DNA of 62,603 nucleotides, filler included, from Sphacelaria rigidula (GCA_964200075.2; 8 parts of 8 records of this genome joined end to end with filler, not necessarily neighbours in it); one strand, 5' to 3'. Shown: positions 10,311 through 24,729, numbered from the whole stretch's first letter. The notes: generated from the sequence alone by a model not told the origin. Made by a program: numbers and translations.

Positions 10311-12679
10311 AGATAAACAAGGCATCTTATCGGAGGACACCCTTAACAAAGGTCGATACCCTGCCGGACCAAAAAGAAATGTTCTGTACGTATGTCGGTG
10401 TAGTACAGTATGCCCACCAACAATGCCCCACTTTCTGGTATACCTAACAGAGCACAACCTTGCACGAGACGCTTAGCAGCCTTCTTGTCATCGAGTATGT
10501 TGAGGGGGGTGGGTGCGTGTCTTCTCCCTCCACGCAGACCTTCAACAGGTTGCCCGCCCACCCTGGCGATCAAAGGCTTTTCAACGTACCAAGAACCAAT
10601 GTATTTTGCCCTAGAAACGATCAAACACAAATCCGGAACAGCTTGCTTGGTCCGAACCTCGACCAAGAAAAAAGGCCGTCCACCGAGAGAGAGTGTAACT
10701 AATATAATAGTAGCATCTAACTTGTGGCCCGTTGTTTACAACGAAACGACCAAATGAAGTTCAGTGGTGCCTAAAATAGCCTGCGCGCTGAAATGCATGA
10801 ACCTTGGTCCCGCCTAGGTGTATGTGCCCGTAAGTTGATCGGCGTCACGATCATCACTTGAATTTTTTTTGCCCGAGTTACAATCTTCAATCTTCACCGA
10901 TCTCCCCGAATTCGACGAACACCAACAGGTGACAACGGAGAGGGCATGTACTGTGAAGTCGTGCACCAATAGGACCACCGACGGGAAGTGCGTTTTTCAT
11001 GAGCCTCAGAGCATGTTGTGCCAAGGATCACGCAAAGACACGTACAAGACACGTAAAAGACACGGCGAACGTGATCTTACTCGTGCACAAGCTTTTCTCA
11101 TCGTGAGCGGCACATTTCCTTTTACACGGAACTAGTCACCGGATCATTATCGTCGTGCAGACCGAGTGAGCGTCAAAGCTCGTTGAGTGCCATCAAAAAC
11201 CGACACAAAATAAAAAACAAAAAATAATGCCTAGGAATTATGAACACGTCAGTAGGTGGTCGGACCTGTACCGAAGCCCTCACTAACGGAACACACGGTT
11301 CATCACTTATTCATCGTGTTTACTATGGGGAAGCGGTAGCATTGGAGATCGCTTGGCAGTCTTACGCCGAAAAAAAAAAGCGAGTCAACTGCCAAGATTC
11401 CCGCATACAAAAATCATACGCACCTCATGTATGTTTCGATGGTTTGACAGGGTTCAGTACTGTATTTTCAGTACGAATCAAGGGTTATTTTGCACACTCT
11501 GGATGATGTCATTCTACGCGGTACCTATCTTGGTATCGCCTGTAGAGGTCCTCACTTCAGGAGACACGGCCGTGCAAGCGCTGTCAGCGCTTTCACGTGC
11601 TGAAACTTCGACCACATGTCATCTAGACTACAGACAACCACCTCATGTTGCTGGATTTGGGTTTGTGCAGTACACCACTGCGTACTGCGGCGAAAAGAGG
11701 TCGGATTCTGTTCCGAATGCATTGTTTTCTATTTTTGGCGTAAGACTGTTGGTTCTTGACACAGGAAGCAAGCCAGCCCACGGAACTACAAGCTGTGATC
11801 CATGGGTAACAAACACCCAGTGCAGCGGGTATGAACATTTTTTCGACCTACATGGGCTGGTGGGTGTTTCGGCAAAAGAAAAAGTTTGGGATGTGTCGGC
11901 GAGTGCTGTTCTCTTAGTTGGTTCTCGACACGTGAAAATCCAGGTCCCAGCTCGAAAAATCGAGTTCTGCGTGGCGATACTGCATTTTGATATTAGTAAC
12001 TCCGTCGGCTTTGGATCGGCCTAGCTTGTACTCTTTCCTGTGTTTTCTTCTCTGTCGCACTTTTCATGGAACGTCTCCACACCCTGGAAATCAATTTTTT
12101 GTGAGAAAAAAGTCAGGCAATCGTCAACGTTCAAACAAAGCATTTCTTGAGAATGATTTCCTCATATCAAAATCCTGTTTGATCGCAAACTTTGTGATTC
12201 CAGAGAAATGGGTATCCCATACAATTTCAAAAGTATATGTATTTTGACCAAATTTGAAGGAATTACGAGTTCACCGGCTATTGAGGGTCCTACGAGTGCA
12301 CAGCCCCCGGTTCTCTCTTTTGTTTTTGCTCGACCAAACCGCTCCCGGTTGTTCAATGAACAACGCTCTGGTTCAGTTTTTTTCTTATCGATGGTTATTG
12401 CGCTACAGCTGAAAAACTATGTCTAATATATTGTACGGTCAATATCACCCCTCGATAAAACGGGATTTGTTCACTGTTCCAACGCATACCGAAGTATCAA
12501 ACTTCCATCTAGGGCGACGATTGGTTTCGAAAAAATCTCGATTGAGTGAACATATGTTAACGTTGACTGCTGGCCGGTTTTCCCGAGCGAAAGGTGTCAG
12601 CTGTACAAGGGCAGGTCGGGTAGGGTATATGTGCTCATTACTCAATATTTTGAAAAAGTCATACTCTTACTCTAGTACT

Positions 12680-12970
12680 CAACCATTTGGGTAAAACATT
12701 TGACGTCGTACCAAATCTACCCAAATTTGGGTAGCGTAATCCAGATCGTACCCTACACACCCAAAATCTGAGTAGAGTATTGAGGTTATACCCAAGTGAT
12801 ACTCTATACCCAGGTATTGCTGAGAGTACCAATATTTGGGGAGAGTAGTGAGGTTATACCCAAGTAATAACTATATCCAAGTATTGCTGAGTGCGCTTAC
12901 CCTATTTGGGTGGAGTGTTTTGAGGCCGTGCCCAACTTACCCAAACATTGGGTAGAGTAAATACCCGAGA
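12680..12970. repeat. Degenerate tandem/inverted repeats rich in TACCCAA/TTGGGTA
   Basis: A ~68-bp unit GAGGTTATACCCAAGT...GTATTGCTGAG occurs at about 12783 and 12850, with many TACCCA/TGGGTA motifs around it. Confidence 0.6.
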
Positions 12971-15577
12971 GTTCAAAAGTATAAGCCCTCCTCGACCTGC
13001 CCACGCAGCTGTACCGTTTTTAGAAGAACGGGGCGCGGTGATACTGTACTGTGTGTGGTACTGTCTGTACTATTGTGGCACCGCGCGCATTGTTGATTGC
13101 GCGCATATGCCAGACAGTGCAGCAAGGTACATGCAACAGACGTGAGATCACACTGCTGCACACTGCTGCACTGACTGTACTCCACAGCTGGAGGATTTTC
13201 GAAATAAACCGTTACGTCATGTCAAACGCAACATGATTCAAACAAGGAGCTCTCTTCCGCAACTGCCCTGTGGGCGGACCACCGTACCGTGCAGCAATCC
13301 GCGCGCCCACCGCGCGCCCACGCGCCATACACAACAAACTACCCAGATTACTTCAAAAGTAGCCGCCGGGTACACGCCCTGTTGCTCTACATCCAGTCCA
13401 CCTGCCCATATACTTACGTTGACCAACAGCAGCCAGAGGCGGCATCAAGGACTACAGCAGAATCAACGCCCGTCGCGGAGAAAGTTCGCTCGTGTCTGTC
13501 TCAATATTGTTGAAAGATTCCGCCACATTCCATTTTCTCGTCGTATGCTCTCACCATATTCGTGCCCGTTTCAAGTGCATCGGGAAGTCTCTTCGCCGCA
13601 TGTTTTCTCGGAATCAGCGGGCTGCCGCCTAGGGCCGTCGACTTCTATCTCAAAGATATCGAGTGTATATCTTGATGTCACCGCGTCCTACGAACAGTTT
13701 ACCACACCTGTCCAGTGGTGCGAAAACGAGAAAAAAGTGGCTGTTCTTCGCATGTGTTTTGGTCATTATTATTTATTAAATTTGCAATAACCATTTTCTA
13801 ACAGTCGGCACCTGTCGCCCGAGCCCTCGCACTCCCCTCGGCTTGTTTGCTTAGCTGACTTCCGTCTACTCCACCCCAACGGTTCAAGGTAAGGATTACA
13901 AGCTTCCCGTGCCTTGCTATGGATATAACTACGACGGTGGGCATGGTTTTCAACAACCCCATGCGTCTATGAAAAGAGCTTGAAACCTGCCGCGCGGTTG
14001 CAAGAAGGAACGTGGGTGCTGCCTGGGCCACCCAAATGCTCGAAAGCCGACCTTAGACCAAAGCTACACCAGGCCAGTGAGCGTACATGCGGGTTAACGT
14101 GCAGAGGTGAAGTTGCCGAGCGTTCGATGCTCACTAACTCCCCTTACTGCGAGTGACCCAAATGATGACGGAAGTGTTGTGGGGGTTTTGGTTGTTCGCG
14201 ACTTGGGGGCCCGGTCTTTCGTTTTGGGATATCTCGTAGCCATCTACTTGTCAACCCCACTTACCGTAGTATCTAGTTGGACGCGTTGCTGCGGTCTAGC
14301 TTTCGAGTTGAACTCCTCGGAAAGACGCTCAACTTGCACACTGCCGGTTGTTGGCCTGAGGCAAATGCCGAAACAGATATTTCGATCAATGCAAGCCCCA
14401 CTTCGTCCCACTCCGGTGTGCCGGGGGCTGTCGTCTTGTTGAGAGAAAACGAGTCTCAAGCAAAGAAATACCATTACAGACAGTAGAGGAAGACCTGAAC
14501 ACACTTTCAAATAAACCGTGTGTTGTCATCATGCTCGTGGAGCAGTCATGTCCAGTGTACAGACCGGCTCCGTGCAACGCTGACAACATGGGGGTTGATG
14601 TAGCTGCGTGAAGCTCTTTTATTGATGCTATGGACAAGATGATACACTTGCATGTTCCAGGGCGTGTCCTGGGCGGTATCACTTGCCCATGACAATCTGC
14701 AGTGTAACGTACCGAGTGCATCAGTCAGGATTGACTGTAGGAGGAGGATAATACAGGCTACTCGTTTGAACAACAGTCTCTACTGTGGTCGAATGGACAG
14801 GGCGCTGCATTTCTCGCGTAGAGGTTGCCGTGTTTTGGGTGCAAGCTGATGTGCTTTGCACGGAAGGAAGATGCCGTACCACTGGCACCACTGTTGCTTC
14901 GCTTACTTCGGACAGGGTTTATTTCGACCACTTTTCCGAACCTGTCGCTGGAAGAAAATGAAGATGCCCTGTAGCTTGCGTAGTGGCGGATTTTTTTATC
15001 TTTGCACTGTACCGTGTTTGGCGATGTTGCCAACTGATGATTGATGAGAGTCCACATTGAGTGACTTCTCTCGGAGAAGAAACGGAGGTGATGGTGAGCA
15101 TCGTCGTCCAATTGCTTCCTTCCTACCCCCAAATCCGGTGAGGGGTGTTGATACAGTCGAACATCGACTCGTACCGTTACATCATGATGATGCAAAAATG
15201 TTACCCGGCTTGGTGAGATCTTCAATCCCGATCTGTCGGTGGTGCAGTCCACGCGGAAAATATGGCTGAAAAATCTACTCCCCACTTGTAGTCACTCCGT
15301 AATTTTCTATTGCGCGCAACAGCCTGTCGTCAAGCATTGCCAATTTTCCCACATGCGGGTTGCACTTTTCATGAAACTCCGTACATGTTGACCCCGGATC
15401 TTGTTTCTTCCCAGCAAGGTACCCCCGGGTGCGTCTCGAAGAATCCACACGGATCTGGCCTCCGTTGTGCGGTTGGCATACATGAGCGCGCACCGACCCC
15501 CCCCCCCCCCCCCCCCCCCCCCCCCGCGCGGCCGCCCCCCCCCTCCGCACCCACACGCACACCTCCGCTCAGCGCCC

Positions 15578-15677
15578 NNNNNNNNNNNNNNNNNNNNNNN
15601 NNNNNNNNNNNNNNNNNNNNNTTAATTAATTAANNNNNNNNNNNNNNNNNNNNNNNNNNNNNNNNNNNNNNNNNNNN
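15578..15677. other. Artificial contig spacer
   Basis: 100-bp N gap with TTAATTAATTAA. Confidence 0.99.
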
Positions 15678-16574
15678 GTTACAGTAGAACTTGGGTGCTC
15701 TTCAATAAAATATCTCAAACCATTATCCTGTGCCTGAGCCAAGGAATACGTTGGAACCAAAGTTTCGAAAAAATCCTAAGTTTTCTGTCACGGATTTTCT
15801 GTCACACGAAATCAATTTGACACGAGAGAAGGCCAAAGGCAACACCATTTTTCATGCTGAAAAATGGAATACGCGGAATATTGGGGTAAGAAAGGCACCA
15901 TCATTTTCACAGGTAGGAACTGTAGCGAAGAAACTAGGCCACGTACTTTGCAGTAGGTCTAGTATTACAGCTGACGCGACTCTAACGCATCAACAGAGAC
16001 TTAAATCAGATAATATCTGGCTTGACGTACATCCCGGTGACGTAGAGTTGTTTTGTGTCCCACGAGAGACGGCAACTTTGCGGTGGCGATCTCGATCTCT
16101 CCCCCTCCCCTACAGTTCTCTACTTTTGAGAAGAAACTGGGTGATATCTTTTATCTTGGCCAAATAGGCGCCCATGAACACCAAATCACTGTTGTCTCTT
16201 CCTGCAGTCGCGAGTGACGTCGACAGCTACTGTGCATGCACCCCCTGGAAGCTTGTCCACTGAGAGAGGATGTCTATTAATAGCGAGACAGTACCACACC
16301 ACACCAGTCTTCAAAATGTAAAGGATCCCGAGAACGAGAATATACACGAAACAGCACCAATAAAGAACGGGACGCAAAAATACATCATCACAATTTGTAC
16401 ATCAACACCCACAACAAACTTAATAGACACAAGTTTATCCCTCTACAGCTCAGAGCCCTGGTGGCCGCAGCTGCAGCAACGGACTGCTCGAGCCGATCCC
16501 AGTCCAAAAATGAAACAACACACTCACCACATCAACGAAAGAGGAAGTGAAGATTCCAAGGCCGGTTTGTGTAT

Positions 16575-16930
16575 GGTACGTTCTTTAGTATACCGGGGTT
16601 TTCTTTCCTGGTATTACCCGTACCCGACAGGTTCTGTTGAGTTCCTCAAGGTCGGTATATACGTACATGACAGTTCTGCGGGTTCTGTAAGCTACAATAC
16701 GAGAACCGGACAGTTTTGCACGATCTGTACGAAATGTTGACTGTTACCCGGCACACGGGTATACCCTTTCAGATACACCCCGGCTGCGGGCAAGGGTTCA
16801 TGTGCAACCTATACTGTGCCTGACAGGTTCCGTGAGCTCTGTGAAGCTTCCATACCTGTACCCGACAGTTGTACGTTCTATACGAAAGGCCATACCCTAC
16901 TAAAAATACTCGTACTCTACGGAACACAAC
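16575..16930. repeat. TACCCG/GGTTCTGT-rich non-coding repeat (MITE-like)
   Basis: Recurrent TACCCG(T)ACCCGACAG and GGGTTCTGT motifs; no coding signal. Confidence 0.45.
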
Positions 16931-17139
16931 CTTGAAATATTTCTAAACATGACAAAATGAAACACAACAAAAGACCAAATGCACTCCCACGCCAGCACTT
17001 CCTCCCACAAAATGATTTACACTCCACTTGGATACGCCATACACGATGCAGCGTCCCCCCCCTTCCATGGCAACGAAAACCTGAAGCTACACAGTGAGTC
17101 CGTTCATTGCGACGCTGCAGAAAACCACACGATAACATC

Positions 17140-20100
17140 CTACGGTTCTACCGGTGGAACCGCTTGTAACATATCCTTGGCCGACGACCACATCCTACCC
17201 CCCGCGGGGGGCATTGCCCGCAGCAGGGATTCGCCCGCACGCCCAAGGCCTTGCAGCAGCTCTTTCAAGCTCGTTGCTAGGGGAGCGATCTCCGGTCCGT
17301 GGTCAATCATCATCTGGCAGTCATGCCATCAACGCAAAGACACGAGTACACGTAGTTATACGTATGCAAGAGGAAAGTTGAGTGCAAATCGTATTGCTGC
17401 GGCACAGCGTACGCCCGACGCCGGACAGCTCTCATCTAAGCACGACATGGGTTTTATTTGGTGTCCGGTCTACTGCATGATGTGTTTGAAAATACGACCG
17501 TCGTTTAGTATGGCACTGTCGTCAGCCCATTTCGTCGTCACGAAATAGAACCATCAGCCCGCGAAAATGGGAACTTGTAGACACTTTACTAGCACACACT
17601 TGGTTACCATGTGCTGTGTTTGTACGAGCTTCCACCTGGACGTCTCCGATCATACCAACAGTTCAGATAGAACGGCAAATGTTTGATCAAGCAACTGTGC
17701 GACCGCCATATATTGGCAATTGACCTGCGAAATATCAACACTCGACCACCACTCTTGAGCCAACACCTACTTCGACACATCCATCCTTTTGAATAGGCGC
17801 AGGCTGTAGAAACATGATCATGAAAAGCACAGCTCACTTCTCACATCGATTGTTCACAGGCGCATATAGTAGTTGAAGGTAATTAAAGGAACGTACAAAA
17901 AAAAGCACGCGAGATCCGTGCCTGCCCCTCACCTGCACGGCGACGAGATTGAGAAACGCCTCCAACAAGCTTGGAACGCCCGCATTGACACCGGCAGAGC
18001 CACTCAGTAAGTCCAGAGGTGCGGCGCGCAGGGCGCTCAGCACACCTCCCCACAAAATGTCCGTGAAGAACTGCCCCCACATGCGGACGTGCACCTGTAG
18101 CAAGCAAGGACACATTGGTAAGTACTGTAAACAGGCCGGCGTGATGCAGTAAGTCGGATTACGAGGTCGTGTAAAGGAGGAAAAAGGTGCCTCTAAGCGC
18201 CTGTCCACTGGAGAATTATTGACAAAAACAAGAGCACAGAGGCAAAGAGATACTAGTCTTCCGATGTCTCGTACCGGGGCGAACGTGCTTGTGTGCGCAA
18301 CAGTGCAAGCAAACAATTTGACCACAGACGAATCAACCCAACCCTCGCCCACCATGGCACACCAACAACTTCACCACTTCCTCTCTCCCCAGCAGCAAAC
18401 CAAGAGTGGCCTTACGCATCACCATGCCTCCCGCCGGTTAACGGAGGACTCACCAACACAGTACTGCCAGGCATACCGACGGGCCGCCCTTCAGCGTCGA
18501 ACACCGCGCTGCCCATTTCCGCGGGCACCGGACACAGTCGTCCCGGGACCGTCCTCCTGGATCGAAACACTGCCGGGGCCGCTCCAGCTCCAGCTGACAC
18601 GTTGAAACCGTCGCTGATATTACCGGTGCCATTGCTCGATTGGGCGCTTGGTTGGGAACCGTCCATTTGCAGGGCTGCCACAGACCGCTCCACCTCGGCG
18701 TCGGTGAGGAGCACCTCGGTCAAGGCTACCACCTGCGCCGACATTATGCGGAAAATCGGGTGTGGGTAGGAACGTGATGAGTTGCTTACAATGGGTAAGG
18801 TCAAAAGCGCTGAAGCTTGGTGCACGAATCACATGAGTGCGCTGTCATATCTCCCATTTTTCATCAATAAGTATACCCATACGTGTGTTTGTACGTGAGG
18901 GGAGGGAGGGGAGGAGGGAGCGGAGTGTACTCATTATCATACATGCTATGGTCATTAAACCATTGACCTCGCACCCCTGCAAAGTCGGGACGGAGCACGC
19001 CGAGCTTTCGCCGGACCACGCTCGCACTCGATCACCACGCGCGAAGCGCCGTGATGTGTTCATCGAGTCGTATGAAGGGTGAGCTGAATCCTGCTAAGAT
19101 TGTTCCGCCCGAGCCTACTGATTATCTTGCATTTGGATGACAGCCTACAATGAGTTTGGACGATACAGCGAGGGCGAGGGAAGCGCCACCGGAAGGATCA
19201 GGACAACGCATCTCTTCAACAACCACATTCGTTGGATAAGTCGGTCTTAATTCAACTGTACCGAGTACTGGATCCTTGTAAATAACGGCCAGCCGGGACT
19301 TCAACCTCTAAATCAGACACCCCGTCGATGTCCCCGAGGACAGTATGGCTTCCTTCGAGTGAGTATTGCGTGCCCCAAATGGATCTTGCCAGTAATAAGG
19401 TGAGAGGTGAGAGCGCGGCAACACTTTGCAACATAAACACCCACCCCATGCACGTGGGCAGCTTTGCTTTCCACAAGAGGGGAGCGGGGGGTAGGTCGGA
19501 GCTCAAACTTGAAAGCGCTTACAGAACGCGATGCCAAACCTCAACAAAAAACAAACCTACCCGCAATCAGGCAACAAAAACGATATTCCTCAGTGCCCCC
19601 TGGCGAATACCTGTTCCAAAAACACGAGGGGGAAGCGGCGTGCCACGTCTGTGAGCAAACCCAAGTGTCCTGCAGCCGCCACCGCCGCCCGCCGCCGCCC
19701 TCCGGCCCCTCGCTCCCCCGTTGTCAGGCCTATTCCAGCGAGAGCGTGCGCCGCAACCGCAACCGCGAAACCGGGGCCTCGACGGCCTGCCTCGGATGGA
19801 ACCGGCGGGGCGCACATCACAAATTGCTCGGCGAGCAGCGGTAGCAGTTCCCTGTGTTTGACGATTTGAGGATCATTCGGCATCGGCGATGGGCAAGGCG
19901 GGCAAGGCGGGCAAGGCGGGCAAGGCGGGGGGACATGCAGAAAAGGCGTAAGATGTGTCGTGTTGGAATAGGAGAAAATCGAAGTTTGCACATGAGTGTT
20001 TCGCCGATAGTGCCAACGAAAGTTGATGCCAAAAATGATGATGATAGCCTACGAAGGCTGTCCAAGTAGGCGGGTGCGTCAGCTCCGAGTCTCCTGTCCA

Positions 20101-23035
20101 TACACGCAAAGCACGTGGAACAACGTTCCGCGTACTCGCATTTGATATACACAGCACACCCAGGTCCACGCGATATTGAAAACAAATTTAATCAGTCTCA
20201 CGGTTTCCACACGGATCTCGCAGCAGCAATGGCCCCAAAAAAGACGCTCACAGACACACGACCGAACATGATAAGCGTCTGGCATGTACGTGTCCCACAT
20301 CAACGAAAAGGATGAGTTTCATGAAAAAATACACAGCGAATAGCTAACTGCACCTCTCGTCGACGGTGACTATGCGACTAAGTTGTGGGAGGGGGGATAT
20401 GTGCGGAAATGCCCGACAACGACAAGCGCCAAGTCGACCGCACACAACCGCAGCCAAAGACCTGGCACAACACAACACACCTGTCTGCCTCGGAACCAAC
20501 ACACTTGACGAACTCTCTAGGCTCAGCCATGTATAGCTGGTACAGCAGGTAGTCGACGACCCCAGGCACCTCTTCTTCCGGCTCATCCCTCCCATCCACC
20601 CCCGTTGGCGGTGTCGTCGTCGTCATTGTTACAACTCCGTCCTCTTCTTCTTGCTGCTCTTGCTGCTCCACAGGGCACAGGAAACGATTGAGACATTCGT
20701 TTTTCGCGAGCTACACAAGAAAACTGTTTGGTTGCCTTCGAGCAGTGGGGTCGTAGCGATTGCAATGTTGCTGTCGATGCGCGACAGGGAGAACAAAAGG
20801 TTGGGAATACGCTAAACAGGGGGGGGGGGAGCAAAGGCGTCCATGTTCACGTATTCTCCTGGTACGGTGGGACGAATCAGAGCAAGCAAAGTGTGGGTAA
20901 AAGCGAACGTTTTCGTCTGTCACAAAAGTTGGGGATCGGGAGATCTATTTCCCCTAGAAAAGCATAGTCTTCAACATCAATTCTGTATGTTGGTTACGGG
21001 TTCAGCGGTCATCAGGGGACCTGCAATTACACAGTCCCAGCTCTTGAATCTTCGCTATGTTCGCTCAATCGGACCAATCCCGAAAGTTTTGGTAAACTTG
21101 TAGTCATTTGTTGTGCTACAGACGAAAACCGTAGTCCTGGACTAGTAATGGAGCACGGCAAAAAAAAACGCAAAAGCGGGTTTTCATTCCATATTGGCCC
21201 GATAACATGAAAGTGGAAAATATTTCCTGCGGATGACACGCTTCTTTCTCCAATATCTACCAAATATAGCCCTTTGAACCGAAAATAGTGGTGGCCAGCT
21301 AACAACACACGATCAAGTGATTACCTTCCTCAAATGCACCCAAGCATATCTTGCTGCGCACCACGTGTTTCTCATTGTGTCTCGTGGGATGCCGACATGG
21401 AGCTTTATGCCCAGAGGACGCCATCAGCCACGACACTTTTCGAGGGGCAGGGACGTACGACGCAAACCGCCACAGCCTTCCCGGCGTATAAGCTCTTCAG
21501 GGAGGCCGACATCACAGAATACGTGAAGAAAATCAATTCCGGAATCAATCACTGTGACGACACCAGAAAAACGTGTCCGATGTCGAATTCCGATTGAGGC
21601 AGAAAAGGTCGAAAAAGCGAACGAAACAGCAAAAAACAGAACAAAACAAAAAACAGAACAAAACAAAAAACGTTTGAAGACCGCCAAACAACAAGTACGC
21701 CGTACCTTGACCGCATCTTCGAGTGCTGACTCCTGGCCGCCCGCCACTCTCTCCTTGGCCTCCAGCAAACAAGTCACGGCCGCTTTCAGATTTTTGTCAT
21801 TTTGACGACACGCCAAGAGAAGCAAGCGCGCCCCTTCCTCCCGCGCCGCCGTGGACGCCATCGAAGGAATGCCATCCACGTCTGCGCCGCAACGAAGGGC
21901 AAGCTTGACCAAACACCGTGCCTGCGAAGGCGGCGTGAGAGTATGAACAACCATGGGGTCGTTCAGATCGTGCTTAATGTGCTAGATGGACCAAATTTAA
22001 ACCGCGACAGGTTCGTCGGAAGTATCCGAATGCGTGAACAGCTTGTCAATTTGTTCAAAATCAAGCCCCGGACACGTTCCCACCATGGCTGTATGGTGAC
22101 TGTATGAAGGCTGTGGGGACGACGGGAGCGGTACGGGTTCGTTGAAAATGCTCGAACACGTGATAGCAGCCGTCCGCAATGTCAATAAGCTTGCCGAAAA
22201 GGCACGTTCAACCATGGATATATGGGTCACATATGGATGACGACACGATGGTGAATGTTTACAGCGTTGGAACAGAACGCGCGTCAAACGTTTCCTGTTA
22301 CCCGACCGCCCTGGGACATAGTTCGCCTTGACCAGAGCCCCGGTGATTCATAGCCATTTTGACTGCTAGGTAGCGTGTAGTTGGCGATGTCACTGACGAT
22401 ATTGACGTTACTGTTTAACTTCCACTGCGAACGCGCGTACGCGCGAACGTTTCTCAAATTCTTCCACTGCCTTCCAGGAAAATAAGTCGTGAACAAGCTC
22501 GTCCAGCTGAGCCATTCCAGCAGGCACGTGTGTGATGGTGGGAAAGGGCCTCGAGGTCAGGGAAAGGGGGGTTATACAACGCGACTAGTTAAATACTATT
22601 AACGCATACGGTTTGAAGGCGCCAAACTCTTTTCTATCTTCACAGAGCGTACAGCGAACCATTCTACACCCTCTTCCCTCGTGCACTGAGCCCACCCGCA
22701 GCGCTATCGGACGCGCAGGAGGCAAAATGGCAGACAGGCTAGGCAAGACGACGCGGCTGGGTATGGTGGCAACGTCCATATCCTCGAAGACTCGTGCGTC
22801 ACGGGAGCACAACGCAATAGCCCCCTCACCAAGCAGTGTGGTCTACAGCATAGGGTAGATGCAATTCGCTCACCTCTCCCGGAGAAAACCTGAGCCAAAG
22901 GGGTGGTCCGTGCGAGGACGCCCGCGGCGACATGCCCCTCTCGTAGTAAGGCCGGGCCCACGCTTCCAGGCTATCGATGCTGCCGGCTTCGCCTACTCCA
23001 GGTCCGCGCATTGTGAGACGCGGATCTCTGAAATG
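17140..23035 (-). CDS. 3' part of a multi-exon host gene; alpha-helical protein, tentatively Integrator subunit 1-like
   Basis: Phase-compatible GT-AG exons on the minus strand: 21706-21921, about 20505-20662, 19611-19851, about 18416-18732, possible mini-exon 18254-18287, 17933-18094 and terminal exon 17140-17313 (ends VPPVEP-TAG). Further probable exons at about 22440-22530, 22670-22825 and 22875-23030. The exon structure is supported; the product is tentative. Confidence 0.75.
18899..19160 (-). mobile_element. Family X copy (5'-truncated) inside an intron
   Basis: The reverse complement contains CATCACGGCGCTTCGCGC.TGGTGAT, GTGCTCCGTCCCG.CTTTG.AGGG and ATGAGTACAC plus a C-rich tail. Confidence 0.8.
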
Positions 23036-23415
23036 CACAACGAGGTTTGAGGGTAGTGTGGTGGTGTACGTCCGATGAGAACAAACAAAACTAAACTAAC
23101 TAGACGTGTTTAGTAGGTTCATACCCCGCGATCGCTTAAAGGGCTAGCGAATGAAAGATGAAACGAATGAAAGTCACACCTACATAAACATGTATCGTGA
23201 AGAAGTCTAGTGTTAGCGGCACATCGCAGACCACCGGAACCTCGCACAAAAACAGGTACCGGTACAACACTCACGTGCAGAATTACGCATCATTGACCAA
23301 CTATCATCAACGTTCCAAGTGTCATTTGAACAAGAAACAATACAAGGGTCGGACAAATCAATGATTCGTCTGGAAATTACTTGGTTTTAGTGTGATTGAT
23401 TCAAATCGTACGAAT

Positions 23416-23515
23416 NNNNNNNNNNNNNNNNNNNNNNNNNNNNNNNNNNNNNNNNNNNNTTAATTAATTAANNNNNNNNNNNNNNNNNNNNNNNNNNNNN
23501 NNNNNNNNNNNNNNN
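23416..23515. other. Artificial contig spacer
   Basis: 100-bp N gap with TTAATTAATTAA. Confidence 0.99.
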
Positions 23516-24386
23516 AAGCACGGCTTTTGAGTTGAACCTCATTTTGTTTTTCAACCCCATTTTCGAAAATCCACTGTTAGTTCCTCTTGTGTGGAGGTGA
23601 TCATGTCCATCTTCAAGGACGCCTGCTAGATAAGCGGGGCTAGTATCCCAATCGCAGAGCTCATGCACCGCTTTTGCAACCGACGGCGAACACGCACGAT
23701 AAAGTTCATAAGGAGCACTGTGCATTTGCGTCAAAAGATGGTGATTGTCTCGTACGTGTATTGATCCGTCTACAACGAACCGAAGAGGTGCGGGTGATCG
23801 CAATCTTACATTTTCACGGACACCTCTTGATATGTCTCGCCCTGGATAGTTCCTCCGCAGTGTGCTGTTCGTGTCTTATGTGCCTCGCCCTTTCGTGTGA
23901 CATAAGTCGTTAGGTCTAACGAGTTTCGCCGGGCGTTCCCCCTCCGACGTCGTCTTCACGGCTCGTCTATACCCGTACATTTCTGTATCTGCAGGGAGGA
24001 GACATTCGGATAGACACAATGGTGCACATGATGAATAACATCAGGCGTCGCTCGGTACCAGTTACCCACGTTGTTTTTTGGCCTGTAAGAGCATGAACAC
24101 AGAATGCTCCTCGTGTTTGCGTTTGGTTCTTATAATTCTCTCGCCCCAAACCGGGGCATGCATGGGTGCATGTATGCTAATTGCGCAATTCTCATCTCGC
24201 ATTATTGCAGAACTAAGACAATCGGCGTTTCGGCGTTTGATGGACTCCGATGCAGTCTGGCGGGAGGCTAGAGTCATCGCTGCACATTACCATGATTAAG
24301 GCGCTTCTGGCTTGACTTTGAATAAATATGGATCAATACTATGGTAGGGGTGCAGGTTTTGGTTCTGGGGCTCTCCTTGTGGGAGC

Positions 24387-24633
24387 TGTGACGCCAACAG
24401 GTTGCTAGTACTGCAGCGTCTAAGTACTGTTGAGGGACTCCCCAGTTCCACTGGCCTCACGGTCTCAGTTTTCAGCCTTTACAACACCTTGTCAAAACCG
24501 GAGTAAACAGCTGCAACCCCGTACCATCAGGCCTGGGCTACACAGCAAGGGTCATCATCCACAGGATGCTTGCCCCCTGGTCATCATCCAGGATCCACTA
24601 TATACTCAACCGTGACGGCGTGATTTCGCCACA
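24387..24633 (-). repeat. 3' LTR of the gypsy element (247 bp)
   Basis: Direct repeat of 28705-28953 with about 12 substitutions and one 2-bp indel by eye. Confidence 0.93.
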
Positions 24634-24729
24634 GCACCCCCAAAGCGCGTTGAACGAGAATCGAGCAACCAGCTTGACACTCAGAAAACTAACGCCAACA
24701 CGATTGAGGAAGTCACAACTGAAGCCCAC

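Noticed and set aside
15310-15633. ORFs containing X runs or ending in the spacers (also near 23468, 31302, 46982, 54819)
   Set aside because: Their ends are created by the artificial N/TTAATTAATTAA linker.
19252-19360. Possible extra exon (DIDGVSDLEVEVPAGRY) of the contig-3 gene
   Set aside because: The flanking exons already join in phase 0 (FLEQ|VVAL), and I found no convincing acceptor.
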